Notes: generated from the sequence alone by a model not told the origin. A DNA stretch of 63,292 nucleotides, filler included, from an uncultured Gemmatimonadota bacterium (GCA_964576115.1; 4 parts of 4 records of this genome joined end to end with filler, not necessarily neighbours in it), one strand, 5' to 3'; counted from the first letter of the whole stretch, positions 18,944 through 29,196 are shown. Numbers and translations: made by a program.

Positions 18944-19362
18944 CTAGGCCTGTACTGCAGATCCCTGAGCTGAAAATCGGCCAGCCGTATTCGACCCAGG
19001 TATTCGGTGACCCGGTCCTGCAGTTCCCGATGCAGATCCCGGAAAATACAGGTGCCGGGCCGGCAGACTGGCCGGCCCAGCAGGCAGGCCGGTTCGGGGA
19101 GGGGACCGTCGACAGCCCGGATCACATCGAGTACACTGAGCTGGGTGGATTCGTGCCCCAGCCGGTAGCCACCGGCAGCTCCGCGCGAGGAGATCACCAG
19201 ACCCTGCCGGGCCAACCCACTGAGAACCTTGGCCAGGTGCGATGATGAGCAGCCCAGGACCTGGGCTATCTCGGTGACCGGAACATGCCGGCCGGTGCTG
19301 TCCGCTGCCATATAGGCCAGGGCGTGCACCCCCAGGTTGGCGGCTTCCGATATCCTCAGCAT
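18928..19362 (-). CDS. Rrf2-family transcriptional regulator (three Cys, probable Fe-S sensor)
   Basis: 'SHLAKVL..L...GLV.S.RG..GGYRL' and 'ACLLGRPVCRPGTCIF'. Start set at ATG 19362. Confidence 0.9.
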   Translation of the reverse strand: MLRISEAANLGVHALAYMAADSTGRHVPVTEIAQVLGCSSSHLAKVLSGLARQGLVISSRGAAGGYRLGHESTQLSVLDVIRAVDGPLPEPACLLGRPVCRPGTCIFRDLHRELQDRVTEYLGRIRLADFQLRDLQYRPRSLSE

Positions 19363-19422
19363 GAACAACACTCCCCGGCGGATACCGCAGCCTCTGGTTT
19401 GCACCACGACCGTTTCCGGTGT

Positions 19423-19510
19423 GAACCGCGATCGCCTCTGATGTGCAATGCGATCGGGCCCACCACGAACCGCGATCGCCTCCGGCGCGAACTGCGATCG
19501 GATCCACCAT
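19423..19510. repeat. 44-bp tandem duplication with 22-bp GCGATCG periodicity
   Basis: Units begin GAACCGCGATCGCCTC at 19423 and 19467; CGATCG occurs at 19429, 19451, 19473 and 19495. Confidence 0.75.
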
Positions 19511-19537
19511 CGAGGAACAATTCGGAATTCATCGTCA

Positions 19538-19613
19538 GAATACTGAATTATTCCTTGCAGAGCAACCCGTAATCCCCGATACTGATCCGGGGAGGATATA
19601 CGGAGTCCGAATT
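19538..19613. promoter_or_regulatory. Candidate Rrf2 operator(s) in the divergent promoter
   Basis: GAATA-N6-TATTC palindrome (19538-19553) and imperfect GGATA-N5-AGTCC (19594-19608). Confidence 0.4.
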
Positions 19614-19688
19614 AGCGGGCTGCGATGACTGTTCGTGAGACGCGCACCCCGATCGCGGCTCAGGGCAATCGAAACCGGAGAATGATCC

Positions 19689-21209
19689 ATGGAACTGACG
19701 CCGCAGACCAGACTCGCCGAACTGCTGGAAGCCCACCCCTTCCTGACCGATTGGCTAGTTGATTACGCCCCTGCTTTCGATAAGCTGAAGAGCCCGGTCC
19801 TGCGCCAGACTCTGGGCCGGGTCGCCACCCTCGAAATGGCCGCCGAAATGGCCGCGATCCCCCTCGACACCCTTCTGGCCGATCTTTCAGAAGTGATCGC
19901 AGTACAGAGCGGCGAGCCCGGCGACCGGTCGGCTGGCCCTGCCCCGGTTGACAGCGCGGCCGGCGGTGGCGATGAGCCCGAGCAGGAACCGGATGAGATC
20001 GACCCGGCCCGGCTCGAGACCCTGAAGGGGATCATCCGCGATCTGCACGCCGGCACCGCGGTCGAGGAGCTCAAGAGTCGCTTCGCCGATCTGCTGGCCG
20101 ACGTAAGCCCGACCGAGATCAGCCGGATGGAACAACAGCTGATCTCCGAGGGACTGCCCACCGAACAGGTCCAGGGGCTCTGCGACGTGCACGTCCGCGT
20201 CTTCCGCGATTCCCTCGACGCGCAGGAGAAGGTCGAAACCCCACCCGGGCATCCGGTACACACCTTCCAGGCCGAGAATGCCGCTCTCCGGCAGGTGGTC
20301 GAGGACCTGAACCGGATCCTCTCCGGGCTGGGCGAGGAACCCTCGGCCGATGCCTTCGGGGCGGTCCGCGACGAACTCGGCGCCCGGCTCGAGGCGCTCG
20401 GGCAGATCGACCGGCACTATCTGCGCAAGGAGAACCAGCTCTTTCCCGTGCTCGAATCGAAGGGGGTCTCGGGCCCCCCGCAGGTCATGTGGGCGATCCA
20501 CGACCAGATCCGCAGGGATCTCAAGGAACTGCGGTCCGCCTTCGAAGCCGGCGATGCCGCCACCCTGGCCGGACGCGGCCCCGCCGTGACGGAGCAGATC
20601 ATCGAGATGATCTACAAGGAGGAGAACATCCTCCACCCCATGGCGATGGAGATTCTGAACGTAGCCGACTGGGCCCGGATCTACGACGGCGAGGAGGAGG
20701 TCGGTTTTGCCCTGGTCGATCGAGGCAGCGAGTGGACCCCGCCCGAATCCGTCCTGCGGCAGGCCGCCGAGGGTTCTGAAGCCGAGCCGACCGCCGCCCT
20801 GCCCCTCGACACCGGCCTGCTGAGTCTGGAACAGATCAACCTGCTGCTCACCCACCTGCCGGTGGATGTCTCCTTCGTGGACGAGAACGACGAGGTCCGG
20901 TACTACTCCGACTCACCCGACCGCCTCTTCACCCGCACCCCGGCCGTGATCGGCCGCACAGTGCAGAACTGTCATCCCCCCGACAGCGTCCACATGGTCA
21001 ACGCCATCCTCGATGCCTTCCGCTCCGGGGAGCAGGACACGGCCGAGTTCTGGATCCAGATGAAGGGCCGCTTCGTTCACATCCGTTACTTCGCCATGCG
21101 CGACGCTGAAGGTGAGTACCGCGGCTGCCTCGAGGTCAGTCAGGATGTGACCGGAATCCGGGCCCTTGAGGGGGAGCGTCGGCTGCTTGAATGGGAATCG
21201 GATTCTTGA
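19689..21209 (+). CDS. DUF438-domain protein (DUF1858 + DUF438 + hemerythrin-like + PAS)
   Basis: 'LKGIIRDLHAG', 'EISRMEQQLI.EG', 'LCDVH', 'GHPVHTF..EN', 'HYLRKENQLFP', 'MWAIHD' and 'RT.AVIGRTVQNCHPP.S'. Confidence 0.9.
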   Translation: MELTPQTRLAELLEAHPFLTDWLVDYAPAFDKLKSPVLRQTLGRVATLEMAAEMAAIPLDTLLADLSEVIAVQSGEPGDRSAGPAPVDSAAGGGDEPEQEPDEIDPARLETLKGIIRDLHAGTAVEELKSRFADLLADVSPTEISRMEQQLISEGLPTEQVQGLCDVHVRVFRDSLDAQEKVETPPGHPVHTFQAENAALRQVVEDLNRILSGLGEEPSADAFGAVRDELGARLEALGQIDRHYLRKENQLFPVLESKGVSGPPQVMWAIHDQIRRDLKELRSAFEAGDAATLAGRGPAVTEQIIEMIYKEENILHPMAMEILNVADWARIYDGEEEVGFALVDRGSEWTPPESVLRQAAEGSEAEPTAALPLDTGLLSLEQINLLLTHLPVDVSFVDENDEVRYYSDSPDRLFTRTPAVIGRTVQNCHPPDSVHMVNAILDAFRSGEQDTAEFWIQMKGRFVHIRYFAMRDAEGEYRGCLEVSQDVTGIRALEGERRLLEWESDS

Positions 21210-21377
21210 GCGGGATCGCTCCCGCCCGTCCGGTGCTCAAGTAACAATTGATCCCGAGCTGCGTGTTATTATCTGTGGGGAAGAAGCCGCTGACGGGAGC
21301 CCACTCGACTCCGCCCGAAAGCCACCGGGTGCTCCTGGAGCCAGAACCGGCCGGATGATGAACCGGCCTGCAGGAGT

Positions 21378-23840
21378 GTGCTCGTGAACGCGCTGTTCAG
21401 AGATATCCGCTTCGCCCTGCGCCAGATACGCAAGAACCCCGGCTACGCGGTCGCCATCGTGCTCTGCCTGGGGCTGGGAATCGGGGCCAATACCGCTATC
21501 TTCGACATTTCCCGGGGGATGCTCGCCCCTCCGAGCGAGATCCGCGACCCGGAACGGATCGTCCGGATCTACACCCGGTGGGAGAGCGAGGATCAGTTTG
21601 CCGACTACTCCTCCTTCTCCTGGCTCGATTACGTGGACGTGCGCGATCAGACCACCTCGTTCGAGAGCGTCGCGACCGAGTCGATCCAGCCCTTCAACCT
21701 GGCCCGGGGAGACGAGGCGGTGCGGACCTGGGGCGAGATGGTGACCGGATCGTTCTTCTCCACTCTCGGAATCGACATGGTCGCCGGCCGGGATTTCGCT
21801 CCCGATGAGGACCTGACCCCCGGCACTCATCCGGTCCTGATCGTCTCCTACCGGCTCTGGCAGGGACGCTTCGGCAGCGATCCGGGGATCGTCGATTCGC
21901 AGGTCTTCCTCAACGGGTATCCCTTCACGGTGATCGGTGTGGTCGAGGAGGGTTTCGACGGCGGGATGACCGGCCTGGTGGCCGATCTCTACGTGCCGAT
22001 GATGATGCACGAGCAGGCCATGCCGGGCTGGGATCCATTCAACTCCCGGGACAGCCACTGGCTACAGAATGTGACCGCACGACTGAAGGAAGGAGTCACG
22101 ATCAAGCAGGCCCAGGCCGAGATCGATGCCCTCATGGCCAACCTCAGGGAGACCTGGCCCGAACAGAATACCGGCAAGAGCGCGATCGTTGTCTCGGAGC
22201 GGCAATCGAACGTCCACCCGGTGGTCCGGAGCCAGTTTCAGGCAGCCCTGATCATGCTCTCTATCCTGGTCGGCCTCCTGCTCCTGCTCACCTGCGCCAA
22301 CGTGGCCGGACTGCTCCTGGCCAAGGCGATGGCGCGGCGTAAGGAAATGGGGGTGCGTCTGGCCCTGGGTGCCGATCGGAGGCAGTTGATCAGGCAGGTT
22401 CTGGTCGAAAGCGTCCTGCTGGCGCTCGTGGCTGGTGTCATCGGCTTCCTGCTGTGCCAGTTGATCGTCCCGCTGACCGGCAGCGTCCAGCCGCAGATGG
22501 ACATCCCGTTTGAGTTCAGCACCGACTTCAACCCGGCCACCATCTGGTTCACACCGCTCGTCTCTCTGCTGGTCGGGGTCATCTTCGGTCTCATGCCCGC
22601 CCTGGAGGTCTCGGGCGGCAACCTGGTCTCGGCCCTCAGGACGGGCCGGGCCACGGTCGAGAGGCGAACCCACCGTCTCCGGGGCCTCCTGGTCGGCGGT
22701 CAAGTGGCCCTGTCGCTGGCGCTGCTGATCGGAGCCGGCCTGGTCATCAGGAGCGCCCGGGCGATCCAGAACATCTATCCCGGCTTCGATGCCAGAGGTC
22801 AGGTCGTGGCCACCATCGACCTCGATCTGCAGGGGTACGATGAGACACGGGGGAGAGCCTTCTACCGGGATCTGGAAGAACGTCTGCAGGCTCATCCGGC
22901 GGTCAACGGGGTCGGCCTGGCCACGCTGGTCCCGTTGTCGCTGTCGAACACATCCAGCTGGGTCTGGCCGGAAGGGTGGGAATCGCCCCTGCCGACCCAG
23001 CCCTCGGTGAATCATAACGTGGTAAACGTCGGCTACTTCGAGGCGATGGGGATCCCGATCGTCAGGGGGCGGGGATTCACCGAGCAGGACACGCCCGACT
23101 CCGGCCCGGTCATGATCATCAACGAACAGTTCGCCGAACGGTTCTGGCCGGGTGAGGATCCGATCAACCGGATCGTCCGGCTCGGCGGTGAGGACGGCAC
23201 GCCCTACGTCGTGGTCGGGGTGGTACCGACCGGCCGCTACTTCTCGATCGGTGAGGATCCGCAGCCGTATTTCTATCGTCCCTTCAACCGCCACTATCGC
23301 GGCAACATGACCATGCACGTCGCCACCGAAGGCGACTCGGAGGTGCTCTTCGGGGTCGTGCGGCAGATCATCCGCGACCTCGATCCGACCCTGCCGATCT
23401 CGAGCATGCAGACGATGGACGACCAGCTGGGTTTCGCCCTGATGCCCTCCCGGCTGATCGCCTATGCCGTCACCAGCTTCGCCGTCCTGGCGCTCCTGCT
23501 CGCCAGCCTCGGTCTGTACGGCCTCATCGCCTATTCGGTCACGCAGGAAACCCGGGAGATCGGCATCCGGCTGGCACTGGGAGCCCAGGCGGGGCAGGTG
23601 GTCCGGTACGTTGTGCGCCGGGGGATCATCCTCACCGTCATCGGTCTCGTGGTCGGCCTCCTGCTCGGTCTGTTCGCCTCGATGGGGATCTCGGGCGTGC
23701 TCTACGGCATCAGTCCGATCGAACCGGTGGCCCTGATCGGTGCGCTCATCGTGCTCCTCCTGATAGCCCTCGTCGCCAGCTGGCTGCCCGCCCGGCGCGC
23801 CACGCGGATCGATCCGGTCCGGGCCCTGGAGGCTGAATGA
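21378..23840 (+). CDS. ADOP-type duplicated MacB/FtsX ABC permease
   Basis: 'RDIRFALRQ', 'LGLGIGANTAIF', 'CANVAGLLLA', 'GQVALSLALLIGAGL', 'REIGIRLALGA' and 'PARRATRIDP'. Confidence 0.92.
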   Translation: MLVNALFRDIRFALRQIRKNPGYAVAIVLCLGLGIGANTAIFDISRGMLAPPSEIRDPERIVRIYTRWESEDQFADYSSFSWLDYVDVRDQTTSFESVATESIQPFNLARGDEAVRTWGEMVTGSFFSTLGIDMVAGRDFAPDEDLTPGTHPVLIVSYRLWQGRFGSDPGIVDSQVFLNGYPFTVIGVVEEGFDGGMTGLVADLYVPMMMHEQAMPGWDPFNSRDSHWLQNVTARLKEGVTIKQAQAEIDALMANLRETWPEQNTGKSAIVVSERQSNVHPVVRSQFQAALIMLSILVGLLLLLTCANVAGLLLAKAMARRKEMGVRLALGADRRQLIRQVLVESVLLALVAGVIGFLLCQLIVPLTGSVQPQMDIPFEFSTDFNPATIWFTPLVSLLVGVIFGLMPALEVSGGNLVSALRTGRATVERRTHRLRGLLVGGQVALSLALLIGAGLVIRSARAIQNIYPGFDARGQVVATIDLDLQGYDETRGRAFYRDLEERLQAHPAVNGVGLATLVPLSLSNTSSWVWPEGWESPLPTQPSVNHNVVNVGYFEAMGIPIVRGRGFTEQDTPDSGPVMIINEQFAERFWPGEDPINRIVRLGGEDGTPYVVVGVVPTGRYFSIGEDPQPYFYRPFNRHYRGNMTMHVATEGDSEVLFGVVRQIIRDLDPTLPISSMQTMDDQLGFALMPSRLIAYAVTSFAVLALLLASLGLYGLIAYSVTQETREIGIRLALGAQAGQVVRYVVRRGIILTVIGLVVGLLLGLFASMGISGVLYGISPIEPVALIGALIVLLLIALVASWLPARRATRIDPVRALEAE

Positions 23841-24009
23841 TCAGACGTCCGGCCCCCTCCGCCCGATTCGAGCCGGTATAGCCCCCTCGCGGTACCAGGA
23901 GTCTTTCTCACGACGTGATGGATCCGGGCGGGCCCGTCCGAGGCGTGGTATCGGCCTGGAGTATCGGGGCCGGGCGGGATAGGATCGAGGGCGGTGAAAG
24001 GAGGCCCGC

Positions 24010-24891
24010 ATGGACTGGAGCTGGCTGACCCCGGAGAACCTGACGGACGCCCACACGCTGGCCGGCAAAGTGGTGCTGGCGGTCCTCGTCTTCCTGATTG
24101 CATGGCTCGTTTCGTTCCTGCTGACCCGCGTTATCGAGCGCTCGCGGTGGGTGGTGAAGCGCCTGGGACGTGAGGTCGACGAAACGATCCTGCGCTATGC
24201 CGTCAGGCTCAAGACCCTGCTGGTCTTCGTCGCCGCCCTGATCGTCTACATCAGTCTCATCCCCGGGCTCGAGGGCCTGCTGGGCACCATCCTGGCCGGT
24301 GCCGGGGTCACCGCCCTGGTCCTGGGTTTTGCAGCCCAGAGCACCCTGGCCAACCTGATCTCGGGAATCGGACTGGCCGTCTACCGCCCCTTCCGGATCG
24401 GCGACAAGGTCACCCTGGAGGGCGAGTACGGCACCATCGAGGACATGACCCTGCGCCACACCATCGTGCGCACCTGGGAGAACAAGCGGCTGGTCATCCC
24501 CAACAAGAACATCGACAACGCCAACCTGCTCAACCACAGCCTGATCGACCCCCGCATCCTCTGCCGGGTCGAGTTCGGGGTCAGTTACGATACCGATCTC
24601 GATCTGGCCATGCGTCTGATCCGCGAGGAGGCCGAACGCTGTCCGTACCGCGATGCGAGCGCCGAGACGCCCCGGGTGCGGGTGATCTCCCACGGCGATT
24701 TTTCGATCGGCCTGCGGGCCTATGTCTGGACCCCGAACATGGACACGGCCTGGGACACGCGCTTCTGGATGCTCGAGCATGTCAAGAAGCGGTTCGACGC
24801 CGAGGGGATCGAGATTCCCTTCCCCTACCGGACGGTGGTCTACAAGAAGGATCTGCCCCCCCCGGCGCGGGAGGCTTCAGAGACCGGGTGA
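24010..24891 (+). CDS. mscS: Small-conductance mechanosensitive channel
   Basis: 'LGFAAQSTLANLISG', 'PFRIGD' and 'GIEIPFP'. Confidence 0.9.
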   Translation: MDWSWLTPENLTDAHTLAGKVVLAVLVFLIAWLVSFLLTRVIERSRWVVKRLGREVDETILRYAVRLKTLLVFVAALIVYISLIPGLEGLLGTILAGAGVTALVLGFAAQSTLANLISGIGLAVYRPFRIGDKVTLEGEYGTIEDMTLRHTIVRTWENKRLVIPNKNIDNANLLNHSLIDPRILCRVEFGVSYDTDLDLAMRLIREEAERCPYRDASAETPRVRVISHGDFSIGLRAYVWTPNMDTAWDTRFWMLEHVKKRFDAEGIEIPFPYRTVVYKKDLPPPAREASETG

Positions 24892-24948
24892 GAGTACAGA
24901 CAGCACGGACCGCCCGACAACGAGATCGCGATCGGAGAGGAGACGGCG

Positions 24949-26010
24949 ATGCTCAGACTATTCCGCAAACCGGTCAAACCGGCCGGGGCACCCCCCGGCA
25001 CCCTGGTGCACACCGGTCACCGGAAAGCCGACCACGTCAGGATCACACTGATTGACTACGACCGGGAGCGGTACGAGGAACGCGAAGTCTCCGATGTAGC
25101 CGAGTGCCTGCCCCATCTCGACGACGGGACCGTCACCTGGATCAACGTCGACGGCCTGCACGAGGTCGAGGTCATTCGCATCCTCGGCGAAAGCCTCCAC
25201 ATCCATCCCCTGGTGCTCGAGGACGTCCTGCATGTCGATCAGCGTCCCAAGGTCGAAGATCACAATGACTATCTCTTCATTGTCACCAAGATGCTCAACC
25301 GGAACGAAACCGGCGATGTCGAGGCCGAACACGTCAGCCTGCTGCTGGGCCCGGACTGGGTGCTTTCTTTTCAGGAGATGCCCGGCGACCTTTTCGGACC
25401 GATCCGGGACAGGCTGCGCCAGGGGAAGGGACGGATACGCTCCCTGGGGGCCGACTACCTCTGTTACCGCCTGCTCGATACCATCGTCGACCACTACTTC
25501 GTTCTGTTGAATGATACGGCCGGCACGATCGAGGCCCTCGAGAACGAACTGGAGGAAGATCCGGACGAGGTGACCCTGCGGCGCATCCACGCCCTGAAGC
25601 ACGAACTGCTCTTCCTGCGCCGGCAGATCTGGCCCCTGCGCGAGGCGTTACGGGAACTCGAGTCGAGCGAAACAGATATGATCGGTGAGGAAGTGCGTAC
25701 CTTCCTGACCGACGTGCGCGACCACATCTACCACGTGATCGAAACCGTCGACACTTTCCGCGACATGGCCTCGGGGATGCAGGACCTCTACCTGTCGACC
25801 GTCAGCAACCGGATGAACGAGGTCATGAAGGTCCTGACCATCATCGCCACGATCTTCATCCCGCTGACCTTTATCGCCGGCATCTACGGTATGAACTTCG
25901 CCTACATGCCCGAACTCGGCTGGCGGGCGGGCTACTTCATCATCCTGGGTGTAATGGCCGTACTCGCCGGCGTCATGGTGGTCTATTTCCGCCGGAAGAA
26001 ATGGCTCTGA
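24949..26010 (+). CDS. corA: Magnesium/cobalt transporter CorA
   Basis: 'HPLVLED', 'QRPKVE' and 'NEVMKVLTIIATIFIPLTFIAGIYGMNF..MPEL'. Confidence 0.95.
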   Translation: MLRLFRKPVKPAGAPPGTLVHTGHRKADHVRITLIDYDRERYEEREVSDVAECLPHLDDGTVTWINVDGLHEVEVIRILGESLHIHPLVLEDVLHVDQRPKVEDHNDYLFIVTKMLNRNETGDVEAEHVSLLLGPDWVLSFQEMPGDLFGPIRDRLRQGKGRIRSLGADYLCYRLLDTIVDHYFVLLNDTAGTIEALENELEEDPDEVTLRRIHALKHELLFLRRQIWPLREALRELESSETDMIGEEVRTFLTDVRDHIYHVIETVDTFRDMASGMQDLYLSTVSNRMNEVMKVLTIIATIFIPLTFIAGIYGMNFAYMPELGWRAGYFIILGVMAVLAGVMVVYFRRKKWL

Positions 26011-26011
26011 G

Positions 26012-29000
26012 TTACCACCCTCCCGGTCCCAGCAGGCGTTCGACCTCGGCCCGGACATCGTCCAGTTCGTGCCGGAGCATCGCGTAGCGGTAGGTGACCT
26101 CGCTGCTCACCTTCATGTCACCCCGGCTGGTGGCCCCGGAGAGGTAACTGATCTGCGAGGCCAGCCCCGGTTTGCCGTAACGGACCGGCTCGGTTTCGAG
26201 CAGGGCCGCCACCGCTTCGAGCGAGCGCCGGGTGGCGGCTTCGGCCCCGGTGGCTCCCTCCCGGGACTCGATCGCCTCGCGCACCCGGGCGCTCAGCGCG
26301 TTGACCTCGGCCACCATCTCACGCATGCGCAGGTTGTGCTCGAAGAGCTCGATCAGGTCGGCGGTCCTGATCCCGTCGGCTGCCGAGCGCGGATCGATAC
26401 GCACCGTGATCTGCCCGGTCAGAGTCGTTTCACCCACCGTCATGCGCACCTCGTAGTAGCCGGGGGGTGCCGTCACGCCCGATGAGTGACGCACATCCCA
26501 GACGAAGCGGTTGTGCCCGGCATTCACGGTCACCTGTGGCATTCTGAAGCCCCCGCGGCGGCCGCTGGCCTGCATCATCATGGCGGCCCGATCGGCCCCG
26601 CCCCGCCCCTGCCCGGCGGCCCCGGCGCCGCTACCCCCCGAGCCGGTGTAACTGTTCATCACCTCGCCGGCGACATCGGCAATTTCGATTGTGACCGGAC
26701 CTTCGGTTCCCTCGGGCAGGTAGTACTCGATCATCGGGCCGAGCAGATTGGCACCGGTCGAGGTGCGGTAGCCGACACGCGGGACGTAGAGGCGGACCTC
26801 GTCGATCGGGGTGTCGGGTGCGAGCTGGCGCAGGGCACTCACGTTGTCGAGGATCCAGAAGGAGCGTCCCTGGGTGGCGATGACCAGGTCACAGCGATGC
26901 ACCTTCATATCAGTCACCGGCACTTCGGGCAGATTGAGCTGGAAGGGCTGCCAGTGGGCGCCGTTGTCGAAGGAGATGAAGAGCCCGAACTCGGTGCCGG
27001 CATACAGCAGACCCTCACGACCGGGATCCTCGCGTACCACCCGGGTCGGCCAATCGGCCGGGATGCCGTTGGTGCCGTCGGTCAGCAGGGTCCAGCTCTG
27101 CCCGTAGTCGTCGGTGCGGTAGATGTAGGGGTTGTAATCGCCGAGCAGGTAGCGGTGCACGGCGTAGTAGGCCGAACCCGGCCGGTGCGGGGAGGGCTCG
27201 AGGTACTGCACCCGTCCGCCGGGAGCCAGATCGGGCGGGGTGATGTTCTGCCAGGTCCGCCCGTTGTCGCGGGTGATGTGGAAAGGCCCGTCGTTGGCTC
27301 CGACCCAGATCACGCCCGGTTCGAGGAGCGATTCGCGGATGGCGTAGAGGGTGCTGTAGATCTCCTCGCCGGTCATATCGCGGGTGATCGGCTCGCCGCT
27401 CACCCCCTGGTGTTCGGGCGGATTCCAGGTCAGGTCGGGACTGATCTGTTCCCAGTTCACGCCCTCGTCGTAGGTGCGGTGTACGTACTGCGTGCCGTAG
27501 TAGAGGATCGAGGGATCGTGGGGCGAGATCTCCATCGGGGCCACCCGCTGGATCCGCCAGGTCAGGTCGCGGGGGGGCATGCCGTAGAGCGATTCGGCCC
27601 CCACCCGGTAGGACCAGCTCAGTCCGGTGGACATGTTCATGCGTTCATACAGACCCTTGCACGAACCGTAGACGATGTTCGGATCCTCCGGGTGCGGCAT
27701 GATCGGACCGGTCTCGCAGCCCGGGCCGCTGCGGAAGTCATCCGGATCGTAGGGATCGGCCAGGCTCGAGATGATGATCGTCGAGTTGTCCTGCTGGGCG
27801 CCGTAGAGCTTGTAAGGGAACGCATTGTCCACACAGACGCCGTAGATCTCGGCGGTGGGCTGGTTCGATTGGGTCGACCAGGTGGCCCCGCCGTCGTAGG
27901 AGACGTTGGCTCCCCCGTCGTTGGACTGGATCATGGTCTGCCCGTCGCGGGGGCTGACCCAGATGGCGTGGTTGTCCCCGTGCGGAGTGCGCATGCGTTG
28001 CATCGTGACCCCGCCGTCGGTGGATTTGTAGAATCCTTCGGCGCCGGCATAGACCACGTCGGCGTCGGTCGGATCGGCTCCCAGGGTGGTGTAGTAGAAA
28101 GGCCGCTGGATCATCGAACCCTGGTCGTTGATCAGCTGCCAGGTCGTGCCGCCGTCATCGGAGCGGTAGAGCCCGCCCCCCGGCTTGGCTTCGATCAGGG
28201 CGTAGATGCGGTCGGGGTCATCGGCCGTGACGGCCAGATTACCCTTGCCGATCAGCTCGCCGGGCAGACCGGCCGTGATGTGCTCCCAGGTCTCGCCCCC
28301 GTCTGTGCTGCGGTAAAACCCCCCGATCCGCGAGCCGCTGATGATCGTCCACGGCTTGCGCTCGATCCGCGACATCCAGGCATAGACGACGTCGGGATCA
28401 TCGGGCCGGACCTCGACATCCATGCACCCCACCGAGTCGGAGATGGCCAGCACCTGCCGCCACGATTCTCCCCCATCGGCGGTCTTGTAGACTCCCCGCT
28501 CGGGACTCGGCTTGAAGGCATCGCCATTGGCGGCCACCCAGACCGTGTTGGGATCAGTGGGGTGGATGCGCATTGCCCCGATCTGGCCGACGTCATACAA
28601 CCCGCGGAAGGTCCAGGTCCCGCCCCCGTCGAGACTGCAGTAGACTCCCCGTCCGGTCGAAACATTGGAGCGCAGGCCGTCCGAGCCGGTACCGAGCCAG
28701 ACGATGTCGGGATCGGAATCAGCTACCGCCACCGAGCCGGTCGAGCCGAGCGGCACCTGCCCGTCGGTAACCGGGAACCAGCTCTCCCCGCCGTCGGTAG
28801 TCTTGAACAGTCCCCCGCTGGCGGCCCCGAAGTAAAACGTCTGCGGCCGTGAAGGCACCCCCGTCACGGTCGTGCTGCGGCCTCCCCGCGAGGGACCGAC
28901 CAGGCGATATTCCAATCCGGTGAAGAAGGCCGGGTTGACGCGTGCGGCGGTGGCTTCAGCCGCGGCCCGGCGGGCCTCCCGGCGCGACTGCGCGGCGGCC

Positions 29001-29074
29001 GGTGAACTCACGCTCAGAAGGGGAAAGATCAGAAGAAGAACGAACGGAATCAGTCTCGGAGTGGTGCAGCGCAT
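26012..29074 (-). CDS. Secreted VPS10/BNR-repeat glycosyl-hydrolase-like protein
   Basis: Signal peptide, 'YRLVGPSRGGR' and many S/T-x-D-G-G-x-x-W boxes. Start set at ATG 29074. Confidence 0.88.
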   Translation of the reverse strand: MRCTTPRLIPFVLLLIFPLLSVSSPAAAQSRREARRAAAEATAARVNPAFFTGLEYRLVGPSRGGRSTTVTGVPSRPQTFYFGAASGGLFKTTDGGESWFPVTDGQVPLGSTGSVAVADSDPDIVWLGTGSDGLRSNVSTGRGVYCSLDGGGTWTFRGLYDVGQIGAMRIHPTDPNTVWVAANGDAFKPSPERGVYKTADGGESWRQVLAISDSVGCMDVEVRPDDPDVVYAWMSRIERKPWTIISGSRIGGFYRSTDGGETWEHITAGLPGELIGKGNLAVTADDPDRIYALIEAKPGGGLYRSDDGGTTWQLINDQGSMIQRPFYYTTLGADPTDADVVYAGAEGFYKSTDGGVTMQRMRTPHGDNHAIWVSPRDGQTMIQSNDGGANVSYDGGATWSTQSNQPTAEIYGVCVDNAFPYKLYGAQQDNSTIIISSLADPYDPDDFRSGPGCETGPIMPHPEDPNIVYGSCKGLYERMNMSTGLSWSYRVGAESLYGMPPRDLTWRIQRVAPMEISPHDPSILYYGTQYVHRTYDEGVNWEQISPDLTWNPPEHQGVSGEPITRDMTGEEIYSTLYAIRESLLEPGVIWVGANDGPFHITRDNGRTWQNITPPDLAPGGRVQYLEPSPHRPGSAYYAVHRYLLGDYNPYIYRTDDYGQSWTLLTDGTNGIPADWPTRVVREDPGREGLLYAGTEFGLFISFDNGAHWQPFQLNLPEVPVTDMKVHRCDLVIATQGRSFWILDNVSALRQLAPDTPIDEVRLYVPRVGYRTSTGANLLGPMIEYYLPEGTEGPVTIEIADVAGEVMNSYTGSGGSGAGAAGQGRGGADRAAMMMQASGRRGGFRMPQVTVNAGHNRFVWDVRHSSGVTAPPGYYEVRMTVGETTLTGQITVRIDPRSAADGIRTADLIELFEHNLRMREMVAEVNALSARVREAIESREGATGAEAATRRSLEAVAALLETEPVRYGKPGLASQISYLSGATSRGDMKVSSEVTYRYAMLRHELDDVRAEVERLLGPGGW

Positions 29075-29196
29075 GACAGTCCCCCGGCGAAGGTGAAGGA
29101 ATCGAACTCCAGTCTCACCGGGACATTCTATTGCCAACCGGCGGGCGATGTCATCCGCCACACTGCGGATCCGGAGAAAGGCTCCGGTACCCGGAA

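Noticed and set aside
19423..19510. Possible mini-CRISPR array
   Set aside because: Only two units, the intervening sequences resemble each other, and no cas genes are present.
29085..29112. tRNA-3'-like string (minus strand GGAGTTCGATTCCTTCACCTTCGCC) near prxU, considered as tRNA-Sec or an att site
   Set aside because: The T stem does not pair properly and no D or anticodon arms are evident.
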